This document shows, one piece after another, positions 1 through 10,752 of a stretch of DNA of 64,000 nt. The DNA is taken from positions 121,150,001 to 121,214,000 of the forward strand of contig CM059432.1 in the NCBI GenBank assembly GCA_030390025.1. The letters run 5' to 3'. The stretch's first letter is position 1. Every line of letters begins with the position of its first letter. Made by a program: the position numbers and the translations under genes. The DNA is from Squalus acanthias (taxonomy: Eukaryota). The notes under the pieces were generated by a model. That model was given only the letters and a program-made list of their open reading frames with translations, was not told the DNA's origin and did no database searches.

Positions 1-416
1 CTGCTCATTGTTGCCTTGAATCTCGGCCTGGAGAGACCTCTAAAGCAATTGTGTTGGAAGCACTAATGGATAGGCCCACAGAAAGAGCTCGGCGCTTAGG
101 AACCTCGAAAGTGGTGCTGAGGGCCAAAACTCCTTAGGACAGCATTAAATCTCTCCAGACATCTCTCTCCCTCTCAACCTGTGTGTACCAAAAATTTTGC
201 TGACAAGAAAAGGCAAGAAGTGCTACTCAAAATCTGGTCCGGGGTTTTGCACGCTCGACTGACGTCACGATCTGCGGGCGCAGGGGATCATGGCAGTAGT
301 GTTTACCAGTGCTGCAAAATGACTGGTCAATTTCGCGAGCGGCACTAAGATTGCCGCGCTCGGGGGCTGTGTTCCTAGCGCCCCCTGGAGGCGCTAACCA
401 GCCGAAATTTTCCCCC
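1..416 (-). mobile_element. Harbinger-derived non-autonomous element (MITE family C), cut by the window edge
   Basis: Colinear with 51676-52357 and with the reverse complement of 47772-48370; ends in TIR ...GCCGAAATTTTCCCCC. Confidence 0.8.
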
Positions 417-765
417 ATAGTTCCACAGGAGACCTTTGGTACATCACCCAAGTAGCTATTTTTCATGTATAAACTTAGACAGTTGCATGCTTGCAGTCAG
501 TTTAATGATTGGATAAATACAGCTGAGCCAGATCCAGTCCTCACATAATATCTAAACCTGCATACTTTCTAGAAGGAGTCACTGGCTTGCAATCAAGAAT
601 GGGAGCTTGGTCTGATTTTGCCCCTTGCTACCCCAGGGACATTGAAGCCAATTGTGGCACCCACCACCATTACATTGTTCTTTCTCTCCTTCATGTCACA
701 CCAACTCCAGTGGAAACTCTAATTCTATTGCTTCTTCTTTGGCAGTTGTGCAAGCTGAATTAAAA

Positions 766-3581
766 GCCCTGATTTTAACTCGGGGCGGGATTTGGACGAG
801 AGGCAAGCCCACATGACGTCGCAAGAGTGAGGCTGGGTAATTTTAACTCCCAGGCCTCATTTTAATAGGATTGACGGCTGCCCACCTGATCATGTCGGGA
901 AACGGGCAGCCCGTTCTTTTTCGCTGCACAATTTCTTGCAGGGCTCCCCAGGCATTCTTAAAGCGGGAATGCATCTCTTAAAGCAAGGTTGCATTCCCCG
1001 CTGTCAAATTTCTTTGAAACATTACCATTGCTGTAATGAGCCACGTGGCTGCCCCCAAGGTTTTCAGATGCCTCTCTGGAAGTCTTGATGGAAGAGGCCA
1101 GGCCAAGGAGGGAGGAACCCCAGAACCCACAGGAGCATACCCAGGGTGACTATGTAGCAGGCCTGGACAAAGGTGGCTGAGAAGGTCAGTGCCAGCAGCA
1201 TCACACCTGGGACCTGCGTTCAGTGTAGGAAAAGTTTAATGATCTCACAAGAGCAGCAAGGTTGAGTACAGCTTTTCATTTCTCCACCTCTCTCAACTAC
1301 ACTTGAAGACACTCTTTTCACCCCTTCCCCCACCACACCATCACATCGTTCAGTATACATTTACAAAGGATACAATGCAGCATCTCTCTTTCTCATTCCA
1401 AAGACACTTCCTTCTACCTTTGCTGCCTTCACACCACCCAATAGCAGCATTCTTTTCCCAGCACAACTTCCTCACATCATATTCTACATACATGGCTTGA
1501 CATTCAGCATTTCCCTCTCCTTATTCTGTCTTGCTTCTTTTCCAGCTCTCAGCAGCTACACGATATGCACAAACCCTACACATCTCCACTTACATTTCAC
1601 TAGCCATTCACTAACTCATCCCCTCTCTTTCTGCAGGACAAGACAGCACATAATGCCAGGGAGTGGAGCAAGACTGTGAAGAGGAGTACCTGATAACAGC
1701 CCTCATCCAAATGGAGCAGGAAGCCCTGGAGATTTGTGGCCCGGGAAAAGTCATGAGCATTGGGGAAGGTGAGGCTGTTAGCTTATGTGAGCAGTGTGTC
1801 TCCATTTTACTTGTAACCCTTCTTTCACCTCAGCAAATATTCAGTAAGCTTCACAACTTCAAGCTGCATTCTGAAGACTGTCACCTGCTAAAGTCCAGCC
1901 TCTCAATGCCATCCAAATTCTTGTCCCTTCTCTCATTCCTCGAGGTCCTACTCAGCACCTGGACCTTTCTGAAGAAGACACCTTAGAGGAGACCAATTCT
2001 CCTGAGGATGCACTGTCACACACTCCATCACTCCCAAAAACCAGCACAGGCACTGGCACTACATGGGTTGGATTGTGAGCCAGAAGGGTCTGCATGTGCT
2101 GAGACACCCAGTATAAGTGAGCAGCAGCAGGCAATGGTGGCAGGGACAGCTCAGGAGTTAGCTTGCCGGAGGGATAGGTCCTCTCCCAGCTCTGCTGAGC
2201 AGGACAGAGATGAGGACTTCAGGTGCCCAGCCACGAAAAGAAAGCTGCTTGACTCTCACAAGCAGTTATACCAGGTATTGGAAACTCTGCCAAAGAGTTT
2301 CAACACAAAGGCTGAAAGTATGGAGGAGTCCACTTCCAGCCTGGGTTGTGTCATCAGCACTCTGCAGTCTACTTGGGAGAGGTATATATATAAGGTATTG
2401 GTGAGACCACATCTGGAATACTGCATACAGTTTTGGTGTCCATACTTAAGAAAAGACATACTTGCTCTCGAGGCAGTGCAAAGAAGGTTCATTCGGTTGG
2501 TCCCCGGGATGAGGGGGTTGACATATGAGGAGAGGTTGAGTAGATTGGGACTCTACTCATTGGAGTTCAGAAGAGTGAGAGGCGATCTTATTGAAACATA
2601 TAAGATTGTGAAGGGGCTTGATCGGGTGGATGCGGGGAGGATGTTCCCAAGGATGGGTGAAACTAGAACTAGGGGGCATAATCTTAGAATAAAGGACTGC
2701 TCTTTCAAAACTGAGATGAGGAGAAACTTCTTCACTCAGAGGGTAGTAGGTCTGTGGAATTTGCTGCCCCAGGAAGCTGTGGAAGCTACATCATTAAATA
2801 AATTTAAAACAGAAATAGACAGTTTCCTAGAAGTAAAGGGAATTAGGGGTTACGGGGAGCGGGCAGGAAATTGGACATGAGGCTGAGTTCGGATCGGTCA
2901 GGGCCCTGTGGGTGGCGGAACGGGCCCAGGGGCTGAGTGGCCGGGTCCTGCTCCTACTTCTTGTGTTCTTTAGATTTGAGGTGAGGATCAGATCAGCCAT
3001 GATCTTATTGAATGGCGGAGCAGGATCGAGGGGCCGATTGGCCTACTCCTGCTCCTATTTCTTATGTTCTTATGAGAGTGTGGCCACCTTCAAGGGACGC
3101 TGCAGCTTGGTGCTCACAACAGGAGTCAGTGTCACCAGCCTTTGCAGCTTTGGTGGAAGCTCAAACTGCCACGCAGGCTCTGAGCCCCACCTTGGAGAGA
3201 CAGGTGTCCACACCTTGGACAGATTGGTGGACCAAAAAGACAGGGGCTTTCAAGGAGTCAGTCATTTACTGCAGTTTGCTGCAAATCAGTGGAAGTGATT
3301 AGCTCCAGCCTGACGGGAGTGGTACTGGCATGATAGGAGCAGTAGGTGTTGCCCTCTCTCAGGATGTCAGCAACCTGCTCCTTCACCACCCCTTCAATTA
3401 ATGCCCACCTTGTATCTAGGAGGTTAGTTGGGCCAGATGGACCTGCCAGTGGCTGAGGTCCAGCAATTTGCAGCCAGGCCACAGCTGTTGGGAGCATAGC
3501 AGGAACGGAGCGGTAAGTTCTCGACAGCAATTTTAACCACCCCTCCCGTTCCCATTAGGCAGGCAAGGTTAATATCGCCCC
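766..3581 (+). mobile_element. Decayed PIF/Harbinger derivative carrying a Myb/SANT-like gene remnant
   Basis: Termini GCCCTGATTTTAAC / GTTAATATCGCCCC; broken Myb-like exon ~1040-1260 (FSDASLEVLMEE...AWTKVAEKVSA...CVQCRK.FNDLTRAAR then GT); second exon after ctgcag at ~1637 (DKTAHNARE). Confidence 0.6.
2381..3073 (+). mobile_element. CR1 LINE 3' fragment (RT C-terminus and 3' UTR)
   Basis: YKVLVRPHLEYCIQFWCPY...RGDLIETYKI...TRGH...FFTQRVV.LWN; ends in a TTCTTATG repeat tail; inserted into the Myb remnant. Confidence 0.9.
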
Positions 3582-3591
3582 TCAACTCCTC

Positions 3592-4337
3592 AGGGTCAAT
3601 TTTAACCCCCCACCCCCACAACCTGGTGGGAACTGTTCAATGGCGGGGGCATTTGTGACACACTCCCACCCCCCACAGCCTTCAGGCACGGGAAGGCCAC
3701 CCGCCCCAGAGGTCGGGGTCCTAATTTAAATGACATTGACGTCATCCGGGTGCGCACATCATTTTAACCGCGGGTCCAACTATGACCTACATTGTCTCCG
3801 GCCCACCTGCAAAGCTGATGGTAGCAAGGATCTAGACCCAGGTAAGCTCATTTTAACAATTTTTTAAAAGTTTCCTTGTGGGCCAGGAGGAGCTGGCCCC
3901 ACAAGGTTACCTTGGGCCTTCCCTGCCCCGGGCATCCCCCTTCCCTGAACATGGACTTGCTGACCCCTCTAATTACTATTTACCTCACTGGGTACCATTT
4001 ATGTTCTTCCTACATTATAAGAGTGACTGCACTTCAAAAGTACTTCGTTGGCAGCAATGCGTTTTGGGACGTCCTGAGGACGTGAAAGGCGCTATGTAAA
4101 TGCAAGTCGTTCTTTCTTTTTTTTCTTTATGTGTGTTTCTGACGGCAACCTGAACCTCCCTCCAACAATTTTGGTTCCCGCCCGTCAGCAGTGACATCAT
4201 TCCCATCGGCTTCGGGCAGAGGTCAGAGTCGGGCCTTGCAAACGAGGAATAGGAGTTAAAATCTCTGGGTCTCACATTCCAGGGGGCAGTATAGCTGCTG
4301 CATCCCCCAATTCTCACCCCAAGTTAAAATCAGCCCT
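3592..4337. mobile_element. Harbinger-type MITE
   Basis: Imperfect TIRs AGGGTCAATTTTAAC / GTTAAAATCAGCCCT; non-coding; contains a SINE tail. Confidence 0.55.
4005..4128 (+). mobile_element. DeuSINE-type SINE 3' fragment
   Basis: Reverse-complement match to 4524-4640; L2-like tail AGGCGCTATGTAAATGCAAG plus TTTC repeats. Confidence 0.7.
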
Positions 4338-4523
4338 TTTGTATCTTTCTGAGATCTCATTTTGTGTCATTTTTCCCCTTTTAACGACTGTAAAAGTGTT
4401 AATATTCTACTTGTTTCAGGTCTCTGTGAACTCCATAAATCTCACTGCTGTTACTACTGCAACATGTTTCGATCTTTTATACCCTTCTTATTCCAGATTA
4501 TTTTGGCTCTTACATCTTAGATT

Positions 4524-4977
4524 AGAAAGAAGGAATGCATTTATATCATGCCCTTCATGACCTCAGGACGTCCCAAAGCACTTTACAACCAATTAATTAT
4601 TTTTGAAGTGTAGTCACTGCTGTAATGTAGGAAATGCGGCAGGCAATTTGTGCACAGCAAGCTCCCACAAACAGCAATGTGGTAATGTCCAGATAATTTG
4701 TTTTTAGGTGTTAATTGAGGGATAACTATTGGCCAGGACACCAGGGAAAACCCTCCTGTTCTTCTTCGAATATCACCATGGGATCTTTTACATCAACCTG
4801 AGAGGGCAGACAGGGTCTCGGTTTAACGTCTCATTTGAAAGACGGCACCTCCTACAGCACTCCCACAGTACTGCACTGGAGTGTGAGCCTAGATTATGCA
4901 TTCAAGTCTCTGGAGTGGGACTTGAACCCCTAATCTTCAAATTCAGAGAGTGCTACCAACTGAGCCACAGCTGCCAC
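4524..4977 (-). mobile_element. Full-length DeuSINE-type (SacSINE1/AmnSINE1-like) tRNA-derived SINE
   Basis: Minus strand: box A TGGCTCAGTTGG, box B GGTTCAAGTCC, Deu-like core CCCTCTCAGGTTGATGTAAAAGATCCCATGG, L2-like tail; family name from memory. Confidence 0.75.
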
Positions 4978-5277
4978 TCTAAAGGGTGAGACCCAACCCC
5001 CCATTCTTTTGAGAGTGCCTATCCTAACCACAGTGCTGGCCACTGTTGAAGGCTGAACCAGATTGTTCACATCGTCGACGTCCAGTTTAACCCCGAGCTG
5101 AATTTCTGGCCCCAAATGCTCTCAATGAAGCCAATGAAAATAACAATCGGGAGAGATGTAAAACGGGCTGCTGATTCACTATCATCTGTTTAACACTGTC
5201 GCACAAAATCAAAATCTACCTCAGCCAGTCTCACACCGAGCTATTGGGCAGGCTGTAGATGTCACGGTGAAAAAACT

Positions 5278-5438
5278 GTCAGCTGTGGCTCAATTAGTAA
5301 GACTCTCACCTCTGAATCAGAAGGTTGTGGGTGCATTACTACAGTGATGACGCTTTAACAAAAGTACTTAATTGGTTGTGCTTTGGGATGTCCTGAACTT
5401 GTGAAAGACGCTATATAAATGCATATCTTTCTTTCTTT
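5278..5438 (+). mobile_element. Internally deleted DeuSINE-type SINE (head joined directly to tail)
   Basis: CAGCTGTGGCTCAATTAGTA head, then tail ending GACGCTATATAAATGCATATCTTTCTTTC; core missing. Confidence 0.65.
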
Positions 5439-5523
5439 TAATGCAGTGGGTCACAGAAAAAGCAACTACAATCAGAGCAACAAAGAGAGAAGATGCGTGG
5501 CTGCCTTTGAACAGAAAGAATTA

Positions 5524-6190
5524 AGGGGGTTATTTTGGTGAAAGTTTGAAAACAGGCGCTAAATGGGTGTTGTGCTAATAAGACAAGCTTCTTTGAAAGT
5601 CTGGTTTTGGCAAGCAATTTTGGTGCTAATTGCTGATTATCATAATTTGAACTTGCCTGGAGCTGCTAAAACAGACACCTGCAGCTTTAGCACTCAGGCG
5701 CTGATTAGAGCCAATTTTGGTGGAGCAGTACTTGTGGGCTCCTCGCACCCACTTCCACTGAAGGTATGGAGTGTGCTGCCTGATACACATGGCAATGAAG
5801 GTCATGGTGGAGGAGATCTAGATTAGGAAAGATGTCCTGTACCCACAGGGGGGAAGGATGCCATCTCACCCTCCTCGCCCTCCCATCCCTCTCTCCTGCA
5901 GCAGCTGGTGCTGCTCTGCCTGGCCTCATGTCCTCCTCCCATTCCTCCTGCAGACCAAGGAGGACCCCGAGCAAGATGTCCATGACCAAGCACTGCCTTT
6001 CTCCTGATGGCTCCTATAAAGTGTCCAATAAGGTCGAGTAGCACAGCACTCACTCTCTTTAGGTGATGTCCTCAGAGAATTTCTGGAATAAATGTTGATA
6101 AGTGTTGGTGAAGTCTTGACAAAGTGTCCCAGAAAGTCTCTCGATGTGTTTCAAAAGTCCTCTTCAAACCTCGAACAGCAAGTGAACAGT
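5524..6190. mobile_element. Deleted Harbinger derivative
   Basis: First ~330 bp colinear with 20439-20775 (GGGGTTATTTTGG...GAAAACAGGC terminus leading into the Myb gene start). Confidence 0.55.
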
Positions 6191-6191
6191 A

Positions 6192-6918
6192 GAATTACAT
6201 AGGATATACGGCACAAAAACAGGTCATTCGACCCAACCAGTCAATGCCGGCGTTTATGCTCCACTCGAGCCTCCTCCCATCTTTCCTCATCTAACGCTAT
6301 CAGCATAACCCTCTATTCCCTTCTCCCTCATTTGCTTATCCAGCTTCTCCTTAAATGCATCTATACTATTCGCTTCAACCACTCCCTGTGGTAGCGAGTT
6401 CCACATTCTCACCAATCTTTGGGTCAAAAAGTTTCTTCTGAATACACTATTTGATTTCTTGGTGACTATCTTATATTGATAGCCTCTAGTTTTGCTTTTC
6501 CCACCCAAGTGGAAACACTCTCTCTGTGTCGACTATCAAAATCTTTCATAATTTTAAAGACCTCTATTAGGTCACCCCTCAGCCTTCTCTTTTCAGGAGA
6601 AAAGAGACCCAACCTGTTCATCTTTCCTGATATGTATACCCTCGCATTTCTGGTATCATCCTTGTAAATCTTCTCTGCACCCTCTCCAATGCCTCTACAT
6701 CCTTTTTATATTACGGCAACCAAAACTGTACGCAGTACTCCAAGTGTGGTCTAACCAAGGTTAGATACAGGTTTAGCATAACCTCTTTACTTTTCAATTC
6801 GATCCCTCTCGAAATAAACCCTGGTGCTTTGTTTTTTTTTATGGCCTTATTAACCTGTGTCGTTACTTTCAGTGATTTGTGTATTTGTACTCCCAGATCC
6901 CTTTGCTCTTCTACCACA
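6192..6918 (-). mobile_element. CR1 LINE 3' fragment
   Basis: Minus-strand ORFs EQRDLGVQIH...LYLTLVRPHLEYCVQFW and TRGY...NFLTQRLVRMWNSLP. Confidence 0.9.
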
Positions 6919-7225
6919 CTGAAGGGGAAAAATTCGTGTTCACTGGCAACTGCAGTTAACGGCCGCTGGAAATGGCCGCAATGCTAAGCGAGTGAAATTG
7001 GTCTGGGGGTATGGAGATAGGTCGCGCAGCGTTCACCTTCTGTGCAACACTGTCCTGGTGGTCTTGCTGGAGGGATCCGGGACGAAGTTCCTGTCCAGGT
7101 CCGGCGTTGCAACTTCCCACAGTCTCTGGGAGCGAAGCTGTGGAGCTCGCAGGGAATTGTGGGCAATGAAGAGGTCTGAGAATTAAAGGGGCCATGCACA
7201 CTGAAGCATGACAAAATAAAATGAA

Positions 7226-9550
7226 GGGACCAGTAGCATACTGGTAATGTCACTGGGCTAGCAATCCAGAGGCCTGGATAAATGATCCGGAGACGTGAGT
7301 TCAAATCCCACCACGGCAGCTGGGGATTTTAAATTCAGTTAATTAAATAAATCTGAAATAAAAAGCTAGTTATGGTAATGGTAACCATGAAACTATCAGA
7401 TTGTCGTAAAAACACATCTGATTCACTAATGTCCATTAGGGAAGGAAATCTGCCATCCTTACCTGGTCTGGCCTATATGTGACTCCAGACACACAGCAAT
7501 GTGGTTGACTCTTAACTGCCCTCTGAAATGGCCTAGCAAGCCACTCAGTTGTAACAAACTGCTACGAAACACAATAATAAGAATGAAACTGGACAGACCA
7601 CCCGGCATCGACCTTGGCAGCACCAGGGGTAACTAAAAATGAGCTGCCAACCTGGGGAAGTTGCAACACAGGACTACATGCATGCTAAAAAGCGGAAGCA
7701 GCATGCTATGGACAGGGCTAAGCAATCCCACAATCAATGGATCAGATCAAAGCTCTGCAGTCCTGCCACATCCAGTCATGAATGGTGGTGGACCATTAAA
7801 CAACTAACGGGAGGAGGAGGCACCATGAATATCCCCATCCTCAATGATAGTGGAGCCCAGCATGTGAGTGCAAAAGACAAGGCTGAAGCGTTTGCAACCA
7901 TCTTCAGCCAGAAGTGCCGAGTGGATGATCCATATCGGCCTACTCCTGAGGTCCCCACCATCACATATCCACGTGATATCAAGAAACGGCTGAGCGCACT
8001 GGATACAGCAAAGGCTATGGGCTCTGACAACATCCCAGCTATCGTGCTGAAGACTTGTGCTCCAGAACTAGCCACACCTCTAGCCAAGCTGTTCCAGTAC
8101 AGCTACAACACTGGCATCTATCCAACAATGTGGAAAAGGTATGTCCTGTCCACAAAAAGCAGGAATAAAACCAACCAGGCCAATTACCACCCCATCAGTC
8201 TACTCTCAATCATCAGCAAAGTGATGGAAGGTGTCATCGACAGTACTATCAAGCGGGACGTACTCACCAATAACCTGCTCACTGATGCCCAGTTTGGGTT
8301 CCGCCAGGACCACTCTGCTCCCGATCTCATTACAGCCTTGGTCCAAACATGGACAAAGGAGCTGAATTCCAGAGGTGAGGTGAGGTGAGAGTGATATCAA
8401 GGCAGCATTTGACCGAGTGTGGCATCAAGGAGCCCTGGTAAAGCTGAAGTCAATGGGAATCGGGGGGGGAACTCTCCACTAGCTGGAGTCATACCTAGCA
8501 CAAAGGAAGATGGTTGTGGTGATTGAAGGTCAATCATCACAGCCCCAAGACACCGCTGCAGGAGTTCCTAAGGGCAGTGTCCTCGGCCCAACCATCTTCA
8601 ACTGCTTCATCACTGACCTTCTCTCCAACATAAGGTCAGAAATAGGGATGTTTGCTGATGACTGTACAGTGTTCAGTGCCATTCACAACTCCTCAGATAA
8701 TAAAGCAGTTCATGCCCGCATGGAACAAGACCTGGACGACGTTCAGGCTTGGGCTGATAAGTGGCAGGTAACATTCACGCCACAGAAGTGGCAGGCAATG
8801 ACTATCTCCAACAAGCGAGAGTCTAACCACCGCTGCTTGACATTCAATGGCATTACCATCGCCGAATCCCCCACCATCAACATCCTGGGGGTCATCATTG
8901 ACCAGAAACTTAACTGGATCAGCCACATAAATACTGTGGCAACAAGAGCAGGTCAGAGGCTATGTATTCTGCGGAGAGTGTCTCACCTCCTGACTCACCA
9001 AAGGCTTTCCACCATCTACAAGGCACAAGTAAGGAGTGTGATGGAATACTCTCCACTTGCCTGGATGAGTACAGCTCCAACAACACTCAAGAAGCTCGAC
9101 ACCATCCAGGACAAAGCAGCCCGCTTGATTGGCACCCCATCCACTGCCTTAAACATTCACTCCCTCCACCACCGGCGTACCATGGCTGCAGTTTGTACCA
9201 TCTACAAGATGCACTGCAGCAACTCGCCAAGGCTTCTTCGGCAGCACCTCCCAAACCCGTGACCTCTTCCACCTAGAAGGACAAGGGCAGCAGATGCATG
9301 GGAACACCACCACCTCCAAGTTCCCCTCCAAGTCACACACCATCCTGACTTAGAAGTATATCGCCGTTCCTTCATCGTCGCCGGATCAAAAACCTGGAAC
9401 TCCCTACCTAACAGCGCTGTGGGAGTACCTTCACCACACGGACTGCAGCGGTTCAAGAAGGCGGCTCTCCACCACCTTCTCAAGGGCAATTAGGGATGGG
9501 TAATAAATGCTGGCTTTGCCAGCGACGCCCAGATCCCATAAAATGAATTA
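7226..9550 (+). mobile_element. CR1-group LINE with tRNA-derived SINE-like 5' head; endonuclease region deleted
   Basis: Box A TAGCATACTGG (7234-7244), box B GAGTTCAAATCC (7297-7308); RT in ORFs 7639-8388 and 8510-9262 (QFGFR, GVPKGSVLGP, FADD); 3' tail AAGGGCAATTAGGGATGGG. Confidence 0.85.
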
Positions 9551-10505
9551 ATTTTTTTTTTTAATTATTGGATATTTTAGTGCCAAGACCACAAATACTC
9601 CCAGATCTCAATGAACTATGCCCTTAACTATTCCAACATCATCGACGGAACACTAATAATGCCTGCCTTTCTTCCTGTTGCAGTACTTTACACTTGTCCA
9701 CATTATATTTCGACAGCTACTGTTCTGCCCACTTACACGTTATTTTATAGCTCATCCTAGAGATCCTTAACTGCCTCTCAGTTCCAATGGTCCCTCCCTC
9801 TCCTAGTTTAATATTGCCTGCAACATTGACCAGTTTGCATTGATCTTCTGAATCAAATCATTAATGCAAATTAGAATATCTAAGGGACCCAACACCAATC
9901 CATGGGTCGCTCCACTCAGCCTTTCTTCACGTCTTCAGCCCAGAAATTGCTGGGTGGCGCATCTCCTGGCGAGCGCCGTGAATTGGATATTTTTTCTTCA
10001 CCCTTCGGGTCATATTATTTTTGCGCCACAAATTGCTGGAAGTGCGAGGTGATAATGGCACGGCGACGTCAACGGGGAATCTGGGACCTCATGCATGTCA
10101 CACCCAATGGTCTATCTCCTTAACCAATGATATTTAGGGACAGAGAAAGAAATAGAGTGAACGACGGAGAAGGGAATAAGGTGAATTAGAGTCAAATTAG
10201 ATACAGAAAAAGAAATAGAGGGAAAAAAGGTTGAATTAAGAGAGAGAGTAAAAAAAAGCAAGAAAAAAAAATGTAAAAGAATTCAATTTTAAAATTTATA
10301 TAACTCTCGGGGGGGAAAATTCGGTTGGCTTGCACCTTCCGTTAGTGCCCGGGCGTGGCAATGTTTGCGCCGCTCGCGAAAATTGACTGGAGTTTTTGCG
10401 GCGGCGCAAAAGTTTAGCGCCACGATCTCCTGCGCCCGCAGATTGTGACGTCAGTCGAGCATGCAACACTCTGGTGGCACCCCGGACCGGATATTGAGTG
10501 GTGCC

Positions 10506-10728
10506 TTTTGCGTTTTGACCTAACATTCATTAGTCAAGGAGACAGGATGTCTTTTTACTATTTATTAAAACTCTGGAATAGGACATTACATTAAGAACTG
10601 TAACAGACAGCCAAACTTCTCTCCCTGAGGTAGGGGATCCAACACGCCTGGGCTTGCCCCTCAGGCTCCAGCCCCTCCCTCTCTGTATGGCCGGGGGACT
10701 GGGTCAAAAGCAATCTCAAAACACAACA
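10506..10728 (-). repeat. 3' LTR of the Mag-like element
   Basis: Direct repeat of 14856-15078 with 2 mismatches; PPT GGGGGAAAGGAG adjacent (10729-10740, minus). Confidence 0.95.
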
Positions 10729-10752
10729 CTCCTTTCCCCCAGATAAAACCCC

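Noticed and set aside
2008..2880. 290-aa ORF as a novel fusion protein
   Set aside because: Chance in-frame join of a decayed Harbinger Myb exon and an inserted 5'-truncated CR1 fragment
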